From Craspedostauros australis (Eukaryota), in assembly GCA_030167865.1 (NCBI GenBank), contig JALAGF010002086.1, positions 62,001 through 112,300 of the forward strand: a DNA stretch of 50,300 nucleotides. The letters are read 5' to 3'. The translations under genes and the position numbers were made by a program. The first letter of the stretch is position 1, and every line of letters starts with the position of its first letter. The notes below the pieces were generated by a model. That model worked only from the letters and a program-made list of their open reading frames with translations, did no database searches and was not told the DNA's origin. Shown piece by piece: positions 12,282 through 24,913 of this stretch.

Positions 12282-14905
12282 CTACGTCGTGAAGGAGTTG
12301 AAATCCCGGACCTCGTTGACGATCTCCAGTGCCTTTGTCAGCAGATCCTTCATCTCCACGCAGGTCTGACGACGCTGCGCGACATCTTCTGCTTCGCGCA
12401 TCAGGGACATGATCTCCGACTCTCTGTACAGCTCCGAAACGAGCTCGTTTTGAATGCCATCCTTCACATGATTGACAAGGAAGAACATGATCGTCTTGGG
12501 CACCATGTCGATGAAGTTCTTTCGGACGACCGCAAAGTACGATTCGATCAAGGATTTGATCACCTCCATCTCGACGCGTTCTCTGTCGCTCGGTGGGACG
12601 TCAGTTTGCTGCATCGTGTCAGGGACCGGCGGCAGCTGGACGACAGAAGGCGGCCCACCTGAGGAATGCGGCTTTGCTTTGATTGGAGTTTTGCCACCTC
12701 GGAAGATGAAATTCATGATTCCTCCGGTTCCGTCGTTTTGGTTGTTGATAAAATCGTTGTCCGCACCATCAGCGTTGTAAAAGTTGTTGACGGATCCTCC
12801 TGACCTCGGTGTCGTGGCCACGTTTCCATCAGATCTGGACACGGCATCATCAACGACGGGGCGAGGTCTTCGTGGTCCTGTCTGGTCACCGATCTTGTTC
12901 ATCATGCGTGCAACGGCGCGCGAACCGCCAATGAAGTCTGGGTGGCTCGTGTTGATGTACTGCAACAGTAGTCGAGAGATGTGGGGAAATGAAGGATATA
13001 CATGTGAGTTTGTGCGATCATATGCAAGCGTGAATATGAAGATATTATATCCATGAGGAAACGAGATAGTGAGAGTGAGAGTGAGAGAAAGAGAGTGAGT
13101 GAATGAGAAGCAGAAGCAGAAGAAGGCTGGACGAGAAACAGCGTTTGTCAGCATCACGAGACATGCACAATCGACGAGACAGAGCTGGCAGATGGATCGT
13201 GCAGAATACAAGAAACGAGCACGACATGGCACATGTGTGCGTGCTTCATGCCGTATCAACTTACAGCCAATTCAATCTTGATAAGGTTGGCCACCATGAG
13301 CTGGGTTGGACTCATGCAGCGCTTGAGCAATGCAGAAATAACCTCGAGAATGCGATCGCGTAGGTACGGGAATCTCGTCAGCTCCTTGGGTTCCGCCTGT
13401 GTCGATACGCGCTGCAGCTCCTCGTAGACTAGGTCTACACATTGTATGCCAGGCTGTTCCAGGCGCGCGATCTGCCGTCGCACCAGAATATCGAAAGATA
13501 TTTCGGGCACGAAGAGCGCGGCTCTGGTTCCGCTGGCATTGACGATGGTTGTGCGAATTTCTTCATCGGACAGTCCATCGAAGGCTGCCACTGACATGAG
13601 GGACTGCGCAAAGATCTCGGTGAAGATGTAGCTGATGCGCGCTCCACCAAAGAGCTCGATCAACGCGAGATTCTTCGTGTTGCCCTGGTTGTTGATCTCG
13701 CCTCCCTTACCGTCGATGATGGATGCAAAGTTGGTGGCGAACTTGGTGAGCAGTCCCAGCATCTCCTGTCCCAGACTGGACTTTGAGTTTTGTTGATCCG
13801 GCGATCCCAACGCTTCGAGCTCCTGGTGAACATCAGACATCATGCCGGAGATTCTGCTCTTGACCTCCGGCAGGCAGTCGCGAATGTGGTGCATGAGGAT
13901 GCTGTTGAGGGTCTTCGCCAGTGTCTTCGTACCGCATTTGCCCAGCAGATTCTTGTCGCGAGAGTACACGGGGTGGGTTCGGAAGAACTCTTCCTCCTTG
14001 CGCAAGCCATCGCGGATGCTCAGATCGGCGTTGATGTCCTTCTGACCTCGGTTGACGACCGCGATGTAACCCCGTCTGAGCGGGATGAGCTGATTGTTGA
14101 GGGTTTCGGACGCATCCGTGCCGGGATCCATGAGATCCAATTTGGTGAGCACGCCGATGGTTCTGTTGCCGTAGGGATCCGCGGCCTTGGCGAGCTGCAG
14201 GGCATCGCTGTTGGCAATGTCAGTGTTGGCGGCCGTGACGGCCAGAATGATAGCGTTTGGGTTGGAGATGAATTCGAGCGTCATCTGATGGATCTGATCC
14301 TCGATGTCGACTGGCTGATCGCCGACCGGCACCTTGGTCATGCCGGGAAGATCGACCAAGGTGAGCGCCAGGACGTTGGGCGAGTATATCTTGAGATGGA
14401 TCGGGTCGTTGCTGATTCCTTTGTTGGCACCCGTGAGACGGTCCGTCTCCTTGACGATCTCCTGGCGGATTTGGCTGAAGGAATGGAACTTGCGTCCTGG
14501 CAGATGCAGGAACTCCCCCCACTCCGAAGCGTCGTCAAGGTTGGTGCGCTTGGAGTTGTCTATCGTCGGGCGGGATTCTGATTGACGGCCCGAGCCATTG
14601 CGGACGGAGCCGTCGTAGCCACCATCTGCGGAATCAGCGCCGTTGAAGTCGTCCGAAGGATCACCGCCCTCGGAGCCAAAGCCGGCGACGCGCGTGTTGT
14701 ACAATTGCAGCACGAGCGGACGTCTGGTCACGATGCCATGTCCTCTGGGGAGGAAGGACCGTCCCACGATGCCCTCAAGAACGCTGGACTTTCCCGACGA
14801 CTGTCCTCCGACCACGACGATCTGCGGCAGGTCGAGCTGCGTGTTCTGTCCGACGGCACCCAGCACATCCTGGAGCTTGGAAGCGATGGGAATAAGTTGA
14901 TCCAT
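12282..14905 (-). CDS. Dynamin-related GTPase (Dnm1/DRP1/Vps1-type, no PH domain), about 772 aa
   Basis: Exon 1 is 14905-13265, the intron is 13264-12960 (GTAAGT...TTGCAG, phase 0), and exon 2 is 12959-12282, giving IELA|YINTSHPDF. Motifs: LPQIVVVGGQSSGKSSVLE, GIVTRRPL, DLPG, TKLD, middle domain ELFGGARI, and GED (IKSLIESYFAVVRKNFIDMVPK). Confidence 0.95.
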
Positions 14906-15458
14906 CTTTGCTTTGCTATGCTATGCTGTCCTCTCCTATCCTCTTCTACCCTTTTCTATTCGCACGTAGGTATAATATATTGGAGAGATTGTGAACGTTG
15001 CTGTTGGATAATGATCACGGGCGCAACTGAATCCAATCGTCGAGTATTGTACGAGTAGGTCGGATGTAGAGGAAGTCAATCCAACTAGCTCTGGTAGTAA
15101 TGATGTCTGCGAACTCGTAGGTCACTGTGTTGTCTTCGATCGAGATGGAGTTTGGAGCTTGGGGTATGGCGTGGTGCAGGTTTGCAAGGGGAATGACGGC
15201 AACCAAAGTGGCAACTCCAAATGCTCTTCCTCCGTGAATGGTATTTTGTGCTTGGACAAGTGTGTGTTTGGACAAGTGTGTGTTTGGTTGAGTGAATGCT
15301 GGAATGAGTGCTTCTCTGTGGGGATGTTGGTGTGTGGCTGGATGTTGGTTGAGATGAAGATCTTCCAAACCTCCCCTCTGCTTCGTGCTTTCTGGGATAC
15401 GAGCGCCATGTTGGCGGTCTGCGATGGTGGGAAGTGCCACTTCCCTGTTGGATGGAAC

Positions 15459-15483
15459 CAACAACAACAACAACAACAACAAC
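15459..15483. repeat. (AAC)n microsatellite in the dynamin/ArfGAP divergent intergenic region
   Basis: The run caacaacaacaacaacaacaacaac is read directly from the sequence. Confidence 0.8.
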
Positions 15484-15998
15484 GGAACGACACACAACAC
15501 AACGCGTGTCATTGCTCTTTCCTGATTTTGAATTTGGGTATTGTCACATACGACACGTGACCGTTATCATCTCGAATCCCCATTCACGAATCAGTTCCAT
15601 TCACGAGGCACTTCCCACAATGACTTTTCCACTTCGTTCGGCGGCACACGAACCGCATCGGCAACAACGCAAAGACCAGAAACCAACCAAACCCTTTCAC
15701 AGAGAGACCGCAATCGAAACACAAGGACACAGAGACCACAAGACAAGGGCAAAGCATCTTCCGAAGACCGTCTCGAATCTCGCCCGCATCGCCATCGCTG
15801 CAATACCATAGCCATCATTGCCGGTTTCAGAAAGACAAGCAACCATCTCGACAGCAACCTTCGTGAACTGTTCTGAGCTATTGAACCCAATTTCATTCCC
15901 ACGAATCGATCTGCTACGGCTGGCGAGACCCAACCAAACCATTCCAACACCACTCCAACACCAACAACAACAGCGAAGGCAGCCAGATTAGCATCAAC

Positions 15999-17593
15999 AT
16001 GTCAGGAAACTTGCGCAACGATGGAACGGTCACAGCCGCCGGGCTGGGACAGGTTTGCATAAACACCAAGGACAAGAACCTCCAATTCAAGAAGCTCAAG
16101 GCCATCTCCAGCAACCAGGTGTGCTTCGACTGTCCAGCGACTCGGCCAACATGGGCATCTGTCACATACGGTACGTTGCCACCAAGGGTGTCGTTGTTTC
16201 GGTTGAGATGACTCTCCTCCCGAGAGTCACATTCAACCACAATCGCAGAGTCGTGCACCAATGTACATCCAAGGCGTGGATTGGGCTGTTTCTTTGGTAC
16301 CAGCAGCCTTATGGGTTCTCTATGGATGTTGTGAGCTGAATGATTGGGAGCAATTCGAAGCTGGAGTATCAGAACCACACACCCAACCCACCCCACTCAC
16401 GTATCTACATGGAATTTCCACTTGCCATTCCTTTTGCCACCGTCATCAAAATCACTATCACTGGCATATCACTTCGATCATCATTTCCAACACCAATCAC
16501 ACAATCATGCACTCTGCTACCATCTGATACAATCACACAAATTTGTGATCATGCCCGACGGTTTCCCGTGGTCTTCGTGCGTGACATCGGATGTTGAATG
16601 ACGACACCTCATACCGGAATGAAATGGATGGAATGGAATGGGATAATGAACCCTCCACCAACACATACGTATGTGGTACACATGCGCATACTCCACGCAA
16701 ATGCACGACAAACGAATTCAGGCATCTTTCTGTGTCTTGACTGCTCCGCAACGCACAGGTCCATGGGCGTGCACACAACCTTCGTTCGCAGCGTCGACCT
16801 AGATGAATGGACGCAACGCCAGATCGATTCCATGAGGCTGGGAGGAAATGCGAATGCTCGCCAGTACTTTCGCAAGCACGGCCATTCCAACATGAACCAA
16901 AAGATCGAAAAGAAGTACACCTCGAAGGCGGCCATTATGTACCGTTCGGAGCTGACGAAGATGCTGGATGCAGAGGCAGCAAAGCGCGGCGAAGGCGTTG
17001 CGAATGGCTCTGCAGATGATGTCTCTGCCACTGGATCTCTCATGCAGAATCTGGAATTGCGGCAGAAGGCGGAGACGGACGCCGATGCACGAGCCAGACT
17101 GGCGGCTGCCAGAAGCGCGAACGTCTCATCCACCATCGCCAAACCAACGGCCAAGCTCGCATCGCAGAACACCTCTGCTCGGGGCAAGCTCGTTGTCACA
17201 CCCCCAAACAGCGGAGGCGTTCCTGCTGCTGCCGTGCCGATGTTGCGAAAACCGGCGTCCAAGACCACATCATCGATGCTCTTCAAAAAGAAGTCATCGG
17301 GTGGACTCAAGCTGGGGGTTAACAAACTTTCCATGAACAAGCCAGCGACCACGAACGGGACAGCGTCAACCAACGGGAACAAAGATAGCACATTTGATTC
17401 GTTCGATAGCATGGCCGCGGAGCCTCCCAAGAAGGAACCAACCCCGGCACCAGCACCAGCCCCTGTGTCCGCACCAACCCCTGTCGTGACGGCCCCGGTA
17501 CAGAAGGCACCGTCACAGCCACTAAAGTCGAAGATGGAGCAAGGAGTGGCCAAATTGCAGTCGATGAACAACGATTTCTTCTCGGGATTTTAA
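15999..17593 (+). CDS. ArfGAP (Glo3/ArfGAP2-3/AGD8-like), about 347 aa
   Basis: Exon 1 is 15999-16170, the intron is 16171-16721 (GTACGT...TTCAG, phase 1), and exon 2 is 16722-17593. Splicing restores the zinc finger [50 protein letters not shown]…MRLGGN with the catalytic Arg. LGVNKL motif and C-terminal amphipathic [10 protein letters not shown]. Confidence 0.93.
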
Positions 17594-17912
17594 GGACATC
17601 AGATAGAGCACTATGAGCGCTGACAAGCTGGCATACTTGTGCATTTGGTACAACAGTTGCGGGCAATTCCTACAAGTGCAGTTGAGGACCGTGCGTTGAT
17701 GTGTGCCACACACTCACATGCTCTCTAGAGTAGAGTCTTTGTCTGATCCATTTCGACCAGTTTGATGGTGGATGCAGCTCGACGGCCACAAGTTTATTGG
17801 GGTAGATACTCGTAATGCGATAGGACTGCACTCTATGTACGTAAGACGCTTGCGCTATGTCAAAATCGTCAGCCGTTCTACAATGAGTTTTCCACCAGCA
17901 ATGGGGAAGTTC

Positions 17913-19010
17913 TTATGTGAACGCCTCGCGGATGATGTCGGGTATCTCCTTCGACGTGATGAGGCTCTGGCGTCCCTGCAGCACCTGTTTGAGCTTCTCC
18001 TTCTTCTTTGACACCAAGCTTGCGACTTCCGCTTGTTTGGCGGGCGTCAGAGCCGACCAAACAGGGAAGTTCTTCGATATCGTTTGCATGAGGATGCGAT
18101 TCAAGTGCTCATCCAACTCGTCGGGATTGAAGACGTAGATCTCGTTCTCCTCGACGCCTGCGGTTGTGCCGGATGCGTTGGCGTTGGAAGCAGCAGCTGC
18201 GGCGGCTGCGGACGTGCATCTGTAGTTGAGCTCCTGATCCTGCGCCACCAGCACATCGTGCGACACGAAGATGACCTCCTCGACAGATTCTTCGGGGAAT
18301 CCGTAGTTCGGTAGAGCAGTGTAGTTGATGCGGTGGATCGGTATCCCGTTGTCATTGACCTTGTCGTCCCATTTCAGCAAGGATGCCGACCACCATATCT
18401 TCTCCATCTTTGAATCGCTGGTCTCCACCTCCCATTGTACCTCCATTTTATCACCAGGCTGGTACCCCAGCATGATGGCAACGTCCTTGCTGGAAGGCGA
18501 GCATGGCGCCGCTTTTGATTTCGCGGGTGGCGATGGGGTGAATGGCGAGGAAGCTGCCCCATCGGCTCTATTCAACTTTTTTGGTTTGCTGGCCGCTTTC
18601 ACCTTTTTGGCTCCTTTGGTCTCTTTGGATTCTCCGATTGCTTTGGTCTCCTTGGCTTCGTTGCTTTCACTGCCTTCGGCTTTGTCCTTGGCTGTGCCCT
18701 TTGGCTTCACATCATTTGCGCTTTTGGCTTTGGTGGAAGGCTCGGCAGTCACTGGTTTTGCAGCAGTGATACTAGCTGCCACTTTATTCGTCTTGGCTTT
18801 CTTCGCAGGTCGTTCCTCTGGTGGACCTGCTGATCGTGGCGCCGGAGCTTTCTTTACATCACGCGCAGAGTCACGTATGGATTGCTTCTTTTCTGCATTC
18901 GTCTTCGGCTGGGCCATAGCGGGCCCATCTTGACCTCCTGCACTTCCAACGCCGGTGCGAACGCCGTCAACACCGCTGCCGCCGTTGCTGCTGCTTGATG
19001 GAGTTGCCAT
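17913..19010 (-). CDS. Hypothetical protein: Lys/Ala-rich disordered N-terminus plus a Tudor/Agenet-like domain
   Basis: 365-aa ATG-initiated ORF. The segment YQPGDKMEVQWE…IWWSASLL…HRINY resembles a Tudor-like beta barrel; the C-terminus is helical. NLS-like RPAKKAK. Confidence 0.65.
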   Translation of the reverse strand: MATPSSSSNGGSGVDGVRTGVGSAGGQDGPAMAQPKTNAEKKQSIRDSARDVKKAPAPRSAGPPEERPAKKAKTNKVAASITAAKPVTAEPSTKAKSANDVKPKGTAKDKAEGSESNEAKETKAIGESKETKGAKKVKAASKPKKLNRADGAASSPFTPSPPAKSKAAPCSPSSKDVAIMLGYQPGDKMEVQWEVETSDSKMEKIWWSASLLKWDDKVNDNGIPIHRINYTALPNYGFPEESVEEVIFVSHDVLVAQDQELNYRCTSAAAAAAASNANASGTTAGVEENEIYVFNPDELDEHLNRILMQTISKNFPVWSALTPAKQAEVASLVSKKKEKLKQVLQGRQSLITSKEIPDIIREAFT

Positions 19011-19707
19011 CCTGCTCGTGCGTATCAGTGGGTATGGTATCTTTGCGTCGCGCCCCCGTCACGATTGTTCTTGTCGTCTCCGTCTTTGGATCTCGATTGT
19101 CTTCGTCCTCTTGAGTCTCCGGTGCCTACTCTAATTGCTTCTGCCGCTGGAGCTGCCACTGGAACTGCCACTGCCAACGTGGAATGATCGAGATGCCGTC
19201 GGCAAACGTATTCGTATCAAATGAGCAGGGAGATCTTCAGTGGTGACTGTTCGAAATGTTGATTGTCCCAAGTTCCCTCCGCACATGTTTGAACATTCGC
19301 GCGTGTTTCTTGGTTTGGGTTCTTGTTTCCATCGTTTTCGAAAAGGAAACCGCAACCGTCATTTCAAGTCTACGCACTCTAATCAAGATATAGATCTTCA
19401 GACCAAAGTGGGAATGTTTTGGTCAGCTGAATCGAATCCATCAATTTCTCCGATGGATCCATGCGGGACACACGCACTCACGTCACACATCCGCGACTGC
19501 GCATGACCACAAATTGAAACAAAAGCACAACAACATCAACAGCGCCAAACAACACGCAACGAAACTCTCTCTCCGGACACAGGAGGCAACCAACCGCACA
19601 GAACGACCTTCACATCCGTCTCATTCCAACAACAAAGGAAAGCAAGAAAGCAGCAGCACAACAGGACAGAAAAGAAGACAACAAGCAACCGCGGTTGATT
19701 TGCCACC

Positions 19708-20661
19708 ATGAAGTTCACAGCCATTGCCATCAGCCTCGTCGCCACCATGGAGGTGTTAAGCGCCTTCGTCGTCCAATCGTCAACGTCGCACTGCCAGGTT
19801 CGCAGCGACCGCGTCTCGCAGCTTCACATGAGCGATGATGGTGACAGCGGCATCCCCAAGCAGTCGAGAATCGAAGGAAACTCCCGCGAACCGACCGAAA
19901 GCGAATTGACCATCATGGATGAGATGGTGGAAAAGCTGGCCGATGCCAAGCCGTACGAGCTGCCCAACGCCGTGCGCCGTGCATTCCGCGTCATCTCCAG
20001 CCCGCGCTTCTTCATGCGCATTGCCGAGCTCGCCGATCAGGCTGAGGAAGGGTCACCACGCAAGGAGAAGCTGAACGCCTTGGCGTCCAACCTGGTGGCG
20101 ACGCTGGAGGCCGTCGTGGAAACCACCGAGGAGCGTTTGGACGAGCGTGCTGTGGAGGTGGAGAGAATCGTGAAGGCCGCCGCCGAACCTGAATCCGGTG
20201 AATTCTTGGTGCCGTTGCTGCCGGCGCAGGTGGAATCCATGCGCGAGGAGGTTGAGAAGATGGACCCATCGTCGCTGGATGAGGGCTTCCTGTCCACCGT
20301 CGACGCGTGGATGAACAAGAGCTACAAGGACGGCATGGATGGCATGGTCGGAATCCTGCAGAAGGTCCTTCAGATGTACAGCGGTGTGCAGATATCGCGT
20401 GCACGCAAGGCCCAGCAGTTGGAGGATTCCGACAGCGAGACCAACAAGGTGTTGGAGGAGCTTCTGAGGACTGATCCCGAACACTGGGACATGAGCATCA
20501 CCACAGCGCTGAAAAAGGAGGAAGTGCAGAAGACGGCGCTGGTCACTGAGGTCCAAAGGACCATGGAGACCGTCGTCCTCAGTCTGGAGAATGGCTCCAC
20601 CGCCCAGCAGGTGCAGGCGGAATTCCTGAGGGAGCTGCTCACCCGCGTGGAATCCAAATAG
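19708..20661 (+). CDS. Plastid-targeted alpha-helical protein of unknown function
   Basis: 317-aa ORF with good coding bias. Signal peptide MKFTAIAISLVATMEVLSA|FVVQ fits the diatom ASAFAP-type cleavage motif and is followed by a Ser-rich transit region. The segment LDEGFL…ILQKVLQMYS resembles, from memory only, an uncharacterised plant chloroplast protein. Confidence 0.8.
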   Translation: MKFTAIAISLVATMEVLSAFVVQSSTSHCQVRSDRVSQLHMSDDGDSGIPKQSRIEGNSREPTESELTIMDEMVEKLADAKPYELPNAVRRAFRVISSPRFFMRIAELADQAEEGSPRKEKLNALASNLVATLEAVVETTEERLDERAVEVERIVKAAAEPESGEFLVPLLPAQVESMREEVEKMDPSSLDEGFLSTVDAWMNKSYKDGMDGMVGILQKVLQMYSGVQISRARKAQQLEDSDSETNKVLEELLRTDPEHWDMSITTALKKEEVQKTALVTEVQRTMETVVLSLENGSTAQQVQAEFLRELLTRVESK

Positions 20662-21599
20662 AGTCGGTTAGAATCGATTTGAGTCGAAATCAAACGCTGT
20701 GGTTGGGAATTGCCGTACTATGAGCGGAACAGACAGGATTACGACGCCATTGCAGAGCATGTGGACTCTCTTTTCCAACCATAATGAACCTCATACAGCA
20801 ACATGAATTCTTCTTGTTCTCTCATAGCTCTCCAATAGTAGAGTGTACGTAGTCACAACAGTTTTCGCAAGTAGGTATGGGCAAGTGCTTTGCTATTGTC
20901 TGGTTACACGCCTTTTGCATCGAGTTGGAGTGATCCACTCTCCTCTACGAGGTATCAAACACTACTCTACAGTGGAGTACTCGTGCTCGTACTGTGTTGG
21001 TCAGCCAGATGGCTCAATTACTGTGCTGCGCTCCTTCTCGGACAAATCTAGTTTATATATGTAGCCTGTGGACGCCGTGTCCATGGAGCCGCTTTGATTT
21101 ACGTTGCGGACGTTATTTATCGTTACACGGACACTCCCAATTGATCGGAAATTGGCCAGTTTGTGTGTGGAAGTAGTACTGAAGTACACATTCTTGGTGA
21201 CATCATCAGAACACCGGTGCGCTCGGCTCGCTCAATATAGCGCGTGTCAGTCCGCGCAAGCATAGCGCGAACCAACAGCGACAGCAAATCAAATGGCTCT
21301 GTGCCTCGTTCCGTTGTGCTGTGTTCGTCATGGCGCGTTGCGTTGCGCCACGTTGTGTCGTGTTATGTCGTGTTGTGTTGTATTGGCCGTTTTCGAGACA
21401 CAGAGAAGACCCAACACCGTTCGCGCCCTTTGATCGTCTTCATCGCCACCGCGGACAACAGAGAGGACACAACCAAAGCATCCTTGCTGATACCAACACC
21501 ACAATCGTCGGAGGGTGAAAGAGAGATCGCCACAGGAGCATCACAACAAGCTACCGAGCAACAAACAACAAGCAACCGCAGCAAGCGAAGAACGCCAAG

Positions 21600-24408
21600 A
21601 TGTCGAAATGGTTCCGTTCCGAGCCGATGGAGTACATCTCCATCATCATGAACGAGGATGCCGCACATGACTGTCTGGCAGACCTCGGAAAGAGCGGCGT
21701 TGTCCAGTTCACGGATGTGAGTGTGCCGAAATCGCGTTGTTGTGTGCCATTGGCAGCAAGAGCCAAGCACGATTTGATTCCAGTTCTGCGCTGCGATTCC
21801 GCCATGCGATCCCATCTCACATCGACTCCTTCTCCACCCACCCATCTCCTTCGTTCGCGATCCGCAGCTCAACCCTGAGCTGACGCCGTTCCAGCGCCGC
21901 TACGTCTCGTACGTGAAGCGCTGCGATGAACTCGAGCGCAAGCTGCGTTTCTTCAACGGAGAGATCGACAAGTTCGAGCTTGACGTCCACTCCGCCGGAA
22001 CCATCGATGAGTTCCTCAGCTCCCCAACCGTCGTCAGCGCTTCCGCCGACCAATCCAAGTCGTCCGGAGCCCAGCTGTTGGAGAGCCTGGAGGGCGAGCT
22101 CGATGGATACGAGTCCCAGCTCAAGGAGCTCAATTCGTACAGCGAGAAGCTCACCAGCGAGTACAACGAGAAGGTCGAGCTGCAGGAGGTGCTCGAGAAG
22201 GCCCGCCGCTTCTTCATGACCGACGCGCCACGCCTCGCCGTCTCCGAGCTCACCTCCGGAAACACCAGACCGGAGAACTCCGCCAACCTCCTCGAGTCCG
22301 AGGGCCTCGGTGCCCGCCCGGACCTCGACATGCGCTTCTCCTCCATCACGGGAGTTGTGGCCACCGAGGAGCGCGCCCGCTTCGAGCGCATGATCTTCCG
22401 TGCCACCCGCGGTAACTGCTACGTGCGCTTCGAGCCAATCAAGCAGCCCATCACCGACCCAGAGAACGGCCAGCTCGTCGAGAAGTGCGTCTTCATCATC
22501 TTCTACAAGTCCGAGAGTATCGAGACCAAGCTCAAGAAGATCTGCGACGCCTTCCTGGCCCACCGATACAGCCTCCCGGACATGGACGACGCCGCGGCCG
22601 TTGACAAGATGCTCACCGAGAACGCGCAGGAGCTCGTCGACTCTCGCACCGTCCTCCTGAAGAACCAGGACACTCGCTACCGCCTGTGCCAGATGCTCGC
22701 CAAGCACACCGAGCGCTGGACGTGGATCGTCGTCCGCGAGAAGGCCATCTACCACTCCCTCAACCAGTTCAAGGCTGATGTCTCCGGAATGCTCCGTGGA
22801 GAGGGATGGGTCATCGCCGAGAACCTCAACGACGTGAAGGACTCCGTCGAGCGCGGTCACGCCAACATGGACATGGCCATGCCATCTCTCGTCGACCACG
22901 TGCCGCAGCCGTGGCCGACACCACCAACGCACTTCTGCACCAACAAGTTCACATACGGATACCAGGAGTTCGTCAACACCTACGGTATCCCACGTTATCG
23001 GGAGGCCAACCCAGCCCTCTTCACCGCCGCCACGTTCCCATTCCTCTTCGGAGTTATGTACGGAGATATCGGCCACGGTCTCTTCCTCTTCCTGTCCGGT
23101 TGCTACCTGATCTACAAGGAGAAGGAGCACGACAATGCCAAGCTCTCCGAAATGTTCGACGGTCTCCACTCCGGACGTTACATGATCGTCATGATGGGTT
23201 TCTTCGCCGTCTACGCTGGTCTCATCTACAACGACTGCTTCTCCCTTGGCCTCAACCTCTTCGGCACCCGATGGGAGTTCGAAGGACAGGGCGAGGAAGG
23301 CGGCGTCGAGGAAAACGCCATCGCGAGCTCCACGGCCCAGTACGGAACAGCCGAGTCTGTGTACCCATTCGGTCTCGACCCAATGTGGCACATCGCCTCC
23401 AACGAACTTCTCTTCTTCAACTCCTTCAAGATGAAGCTGTCCGTCATCTTCGGCATCATCCAGATGTTCGCCGGTACATGCCTCAAGGGTCTCAACGCCA
23501 TCTACTTCGGTGAGAAGTTGGATCTCTACTACGAATTCGTGCCAATGGCCGTCTTCGCGTCATCCCTCTTCGTCTACATGGTCGTCCTCATCTTCATGAA
23601 GTGGAGCATCGACTGGAACCACCGCATGCTTTCCGCCTCCTGCGTCGATCCAAACAGCGACACCTGGGGTAGCCCAGACTACAACGGCGATTGGGGCCAG
23701 TGCAGCGGTGACGGTGACGGAACCTGCCTCCCAACCGGAGAGACTTGCTACGGAAACGAAGACACCGCCGCAAAGTGCCCGCTCGACTACGGTGGCAGCG
23801 GAGATGGTTGCCAACCACCAAATCTTATCACCACTCTCATCAACATTGCCCTTCAGCCAGGCAACGTGGACGAGCCAATGTACGGAGGACAGGCAACCAT
23901 CCAGAACTTCCTTCTTCTTCTCGCCTTCGGTTCCGTCCCAATTCTTCTCCTTGCCAAGCCATACTTCATGAGCCAGCAGGGACACGACGAGGTCCACCAC
24001 CACAACGACGAAGAGAACGGTGAGGATGCCGAGGAAGGCGGCGAACATGGATTCGGAGAGATCCTTATCCACCAGGCCATCGAAACCATCGAGTTCGTCC
24101 TCGGTATGGTCTCCAACACTGCTTCTTACCTCCGTCTGTGGGCCCTGTCGCTTGCTCACTCCGAGCTCGCCACCGTGTTCTGGGAGAAGGCCATGCTTTC
24201 CACCCTCAACATCAACTTCTTCGCCTCCTACATTGGATTCGGCGTGTTCGCCGGTGTCACCTTCGGTGTGCTGTTGATGATGGATGTCCTCGAGTGCTTC
24301 CTTCACGCCCTCCGTCTTCACTGGGTCGAGTTCCAAAGCAAGTTCTTCAAGGCCGACGGTGTCCGCTTTGCCCCATACAGCTTCAAGCAGGTCATCAAGG
24401 ACGCTTAA
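21600..24408 (+). CDS. ATP6V0A: V-type proton ATPase V0 subunit a, about 885 aa
   Basis: Exon 1 is 21600-21716, the intron is 21717-21867 (GTGAGT...CGCAG, phase 0), and exon 2 is 21868-24408, giving MSKWFRSEPM…VQFTD|LNPELTPFQRRY. Motifs: YGIPRYREANP, FPFLFGVMYGDIGHG, SNTASYLRLWALSLAHSEL (essential Arg), FLHALRLHWVEF. Strong C-ending codon bias. Confidence 0.97.
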
Positions 24409-24913
24409 AGTACTGTAGGTGTGTGTAGTAAACTAAATGGTGCTGTCCAGTACATGCAGAGACCTCCTATCCGAATGCATACGTGATTCATCTGGTAGTA
24501 TGGACGGTGGGACAGTATTAGCATCCCACGATGGTATGTGGGTTGGGTACAAGCATGTTCACTCGAGGATGAATGGCAACGCCATTTCACGACGACGGTG
24601 TCAGAGTCCTCGTATAATTCAACGCTTTGGGACATGCCCTATTTTATGATTAGATGCTAGCGTGGTAGAGTCTAACCTCCGTCAGTCGCAGGTAGATCCG
24701 TCTCACTTGGAGCATGTATGGTCTTGCCGACAGCGCAATGATCTTGACGTTGTTGCCCGTTCACGCTTCCGCTTTCGGTTCTGTGACGATCGACACCAGC
24801 CAAGACCGCAACTCCGAACCAGCCGCATAGAGCTGTGCTGCAAGCAAAGTGGAAGCGAGTCGAGTACAATACCCTGGAGAGAGATGTTTAGGCCTTACTC
24901 GTAGATTGGTTCC

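Noticed and set aside
16609-17571. 320-aa minus-strand ORF
   Set aside because: It is antisense to ArfGAP exon 2.
21817-23391. 524-aa antisense ORF (and a 258-aa one at 23560-24336) opposite V-ATPase subunit a
   Set aside because: These are shadow ORFs produced by the strong C-ending codon bias of the sense gene; they show no recognisable protein features.
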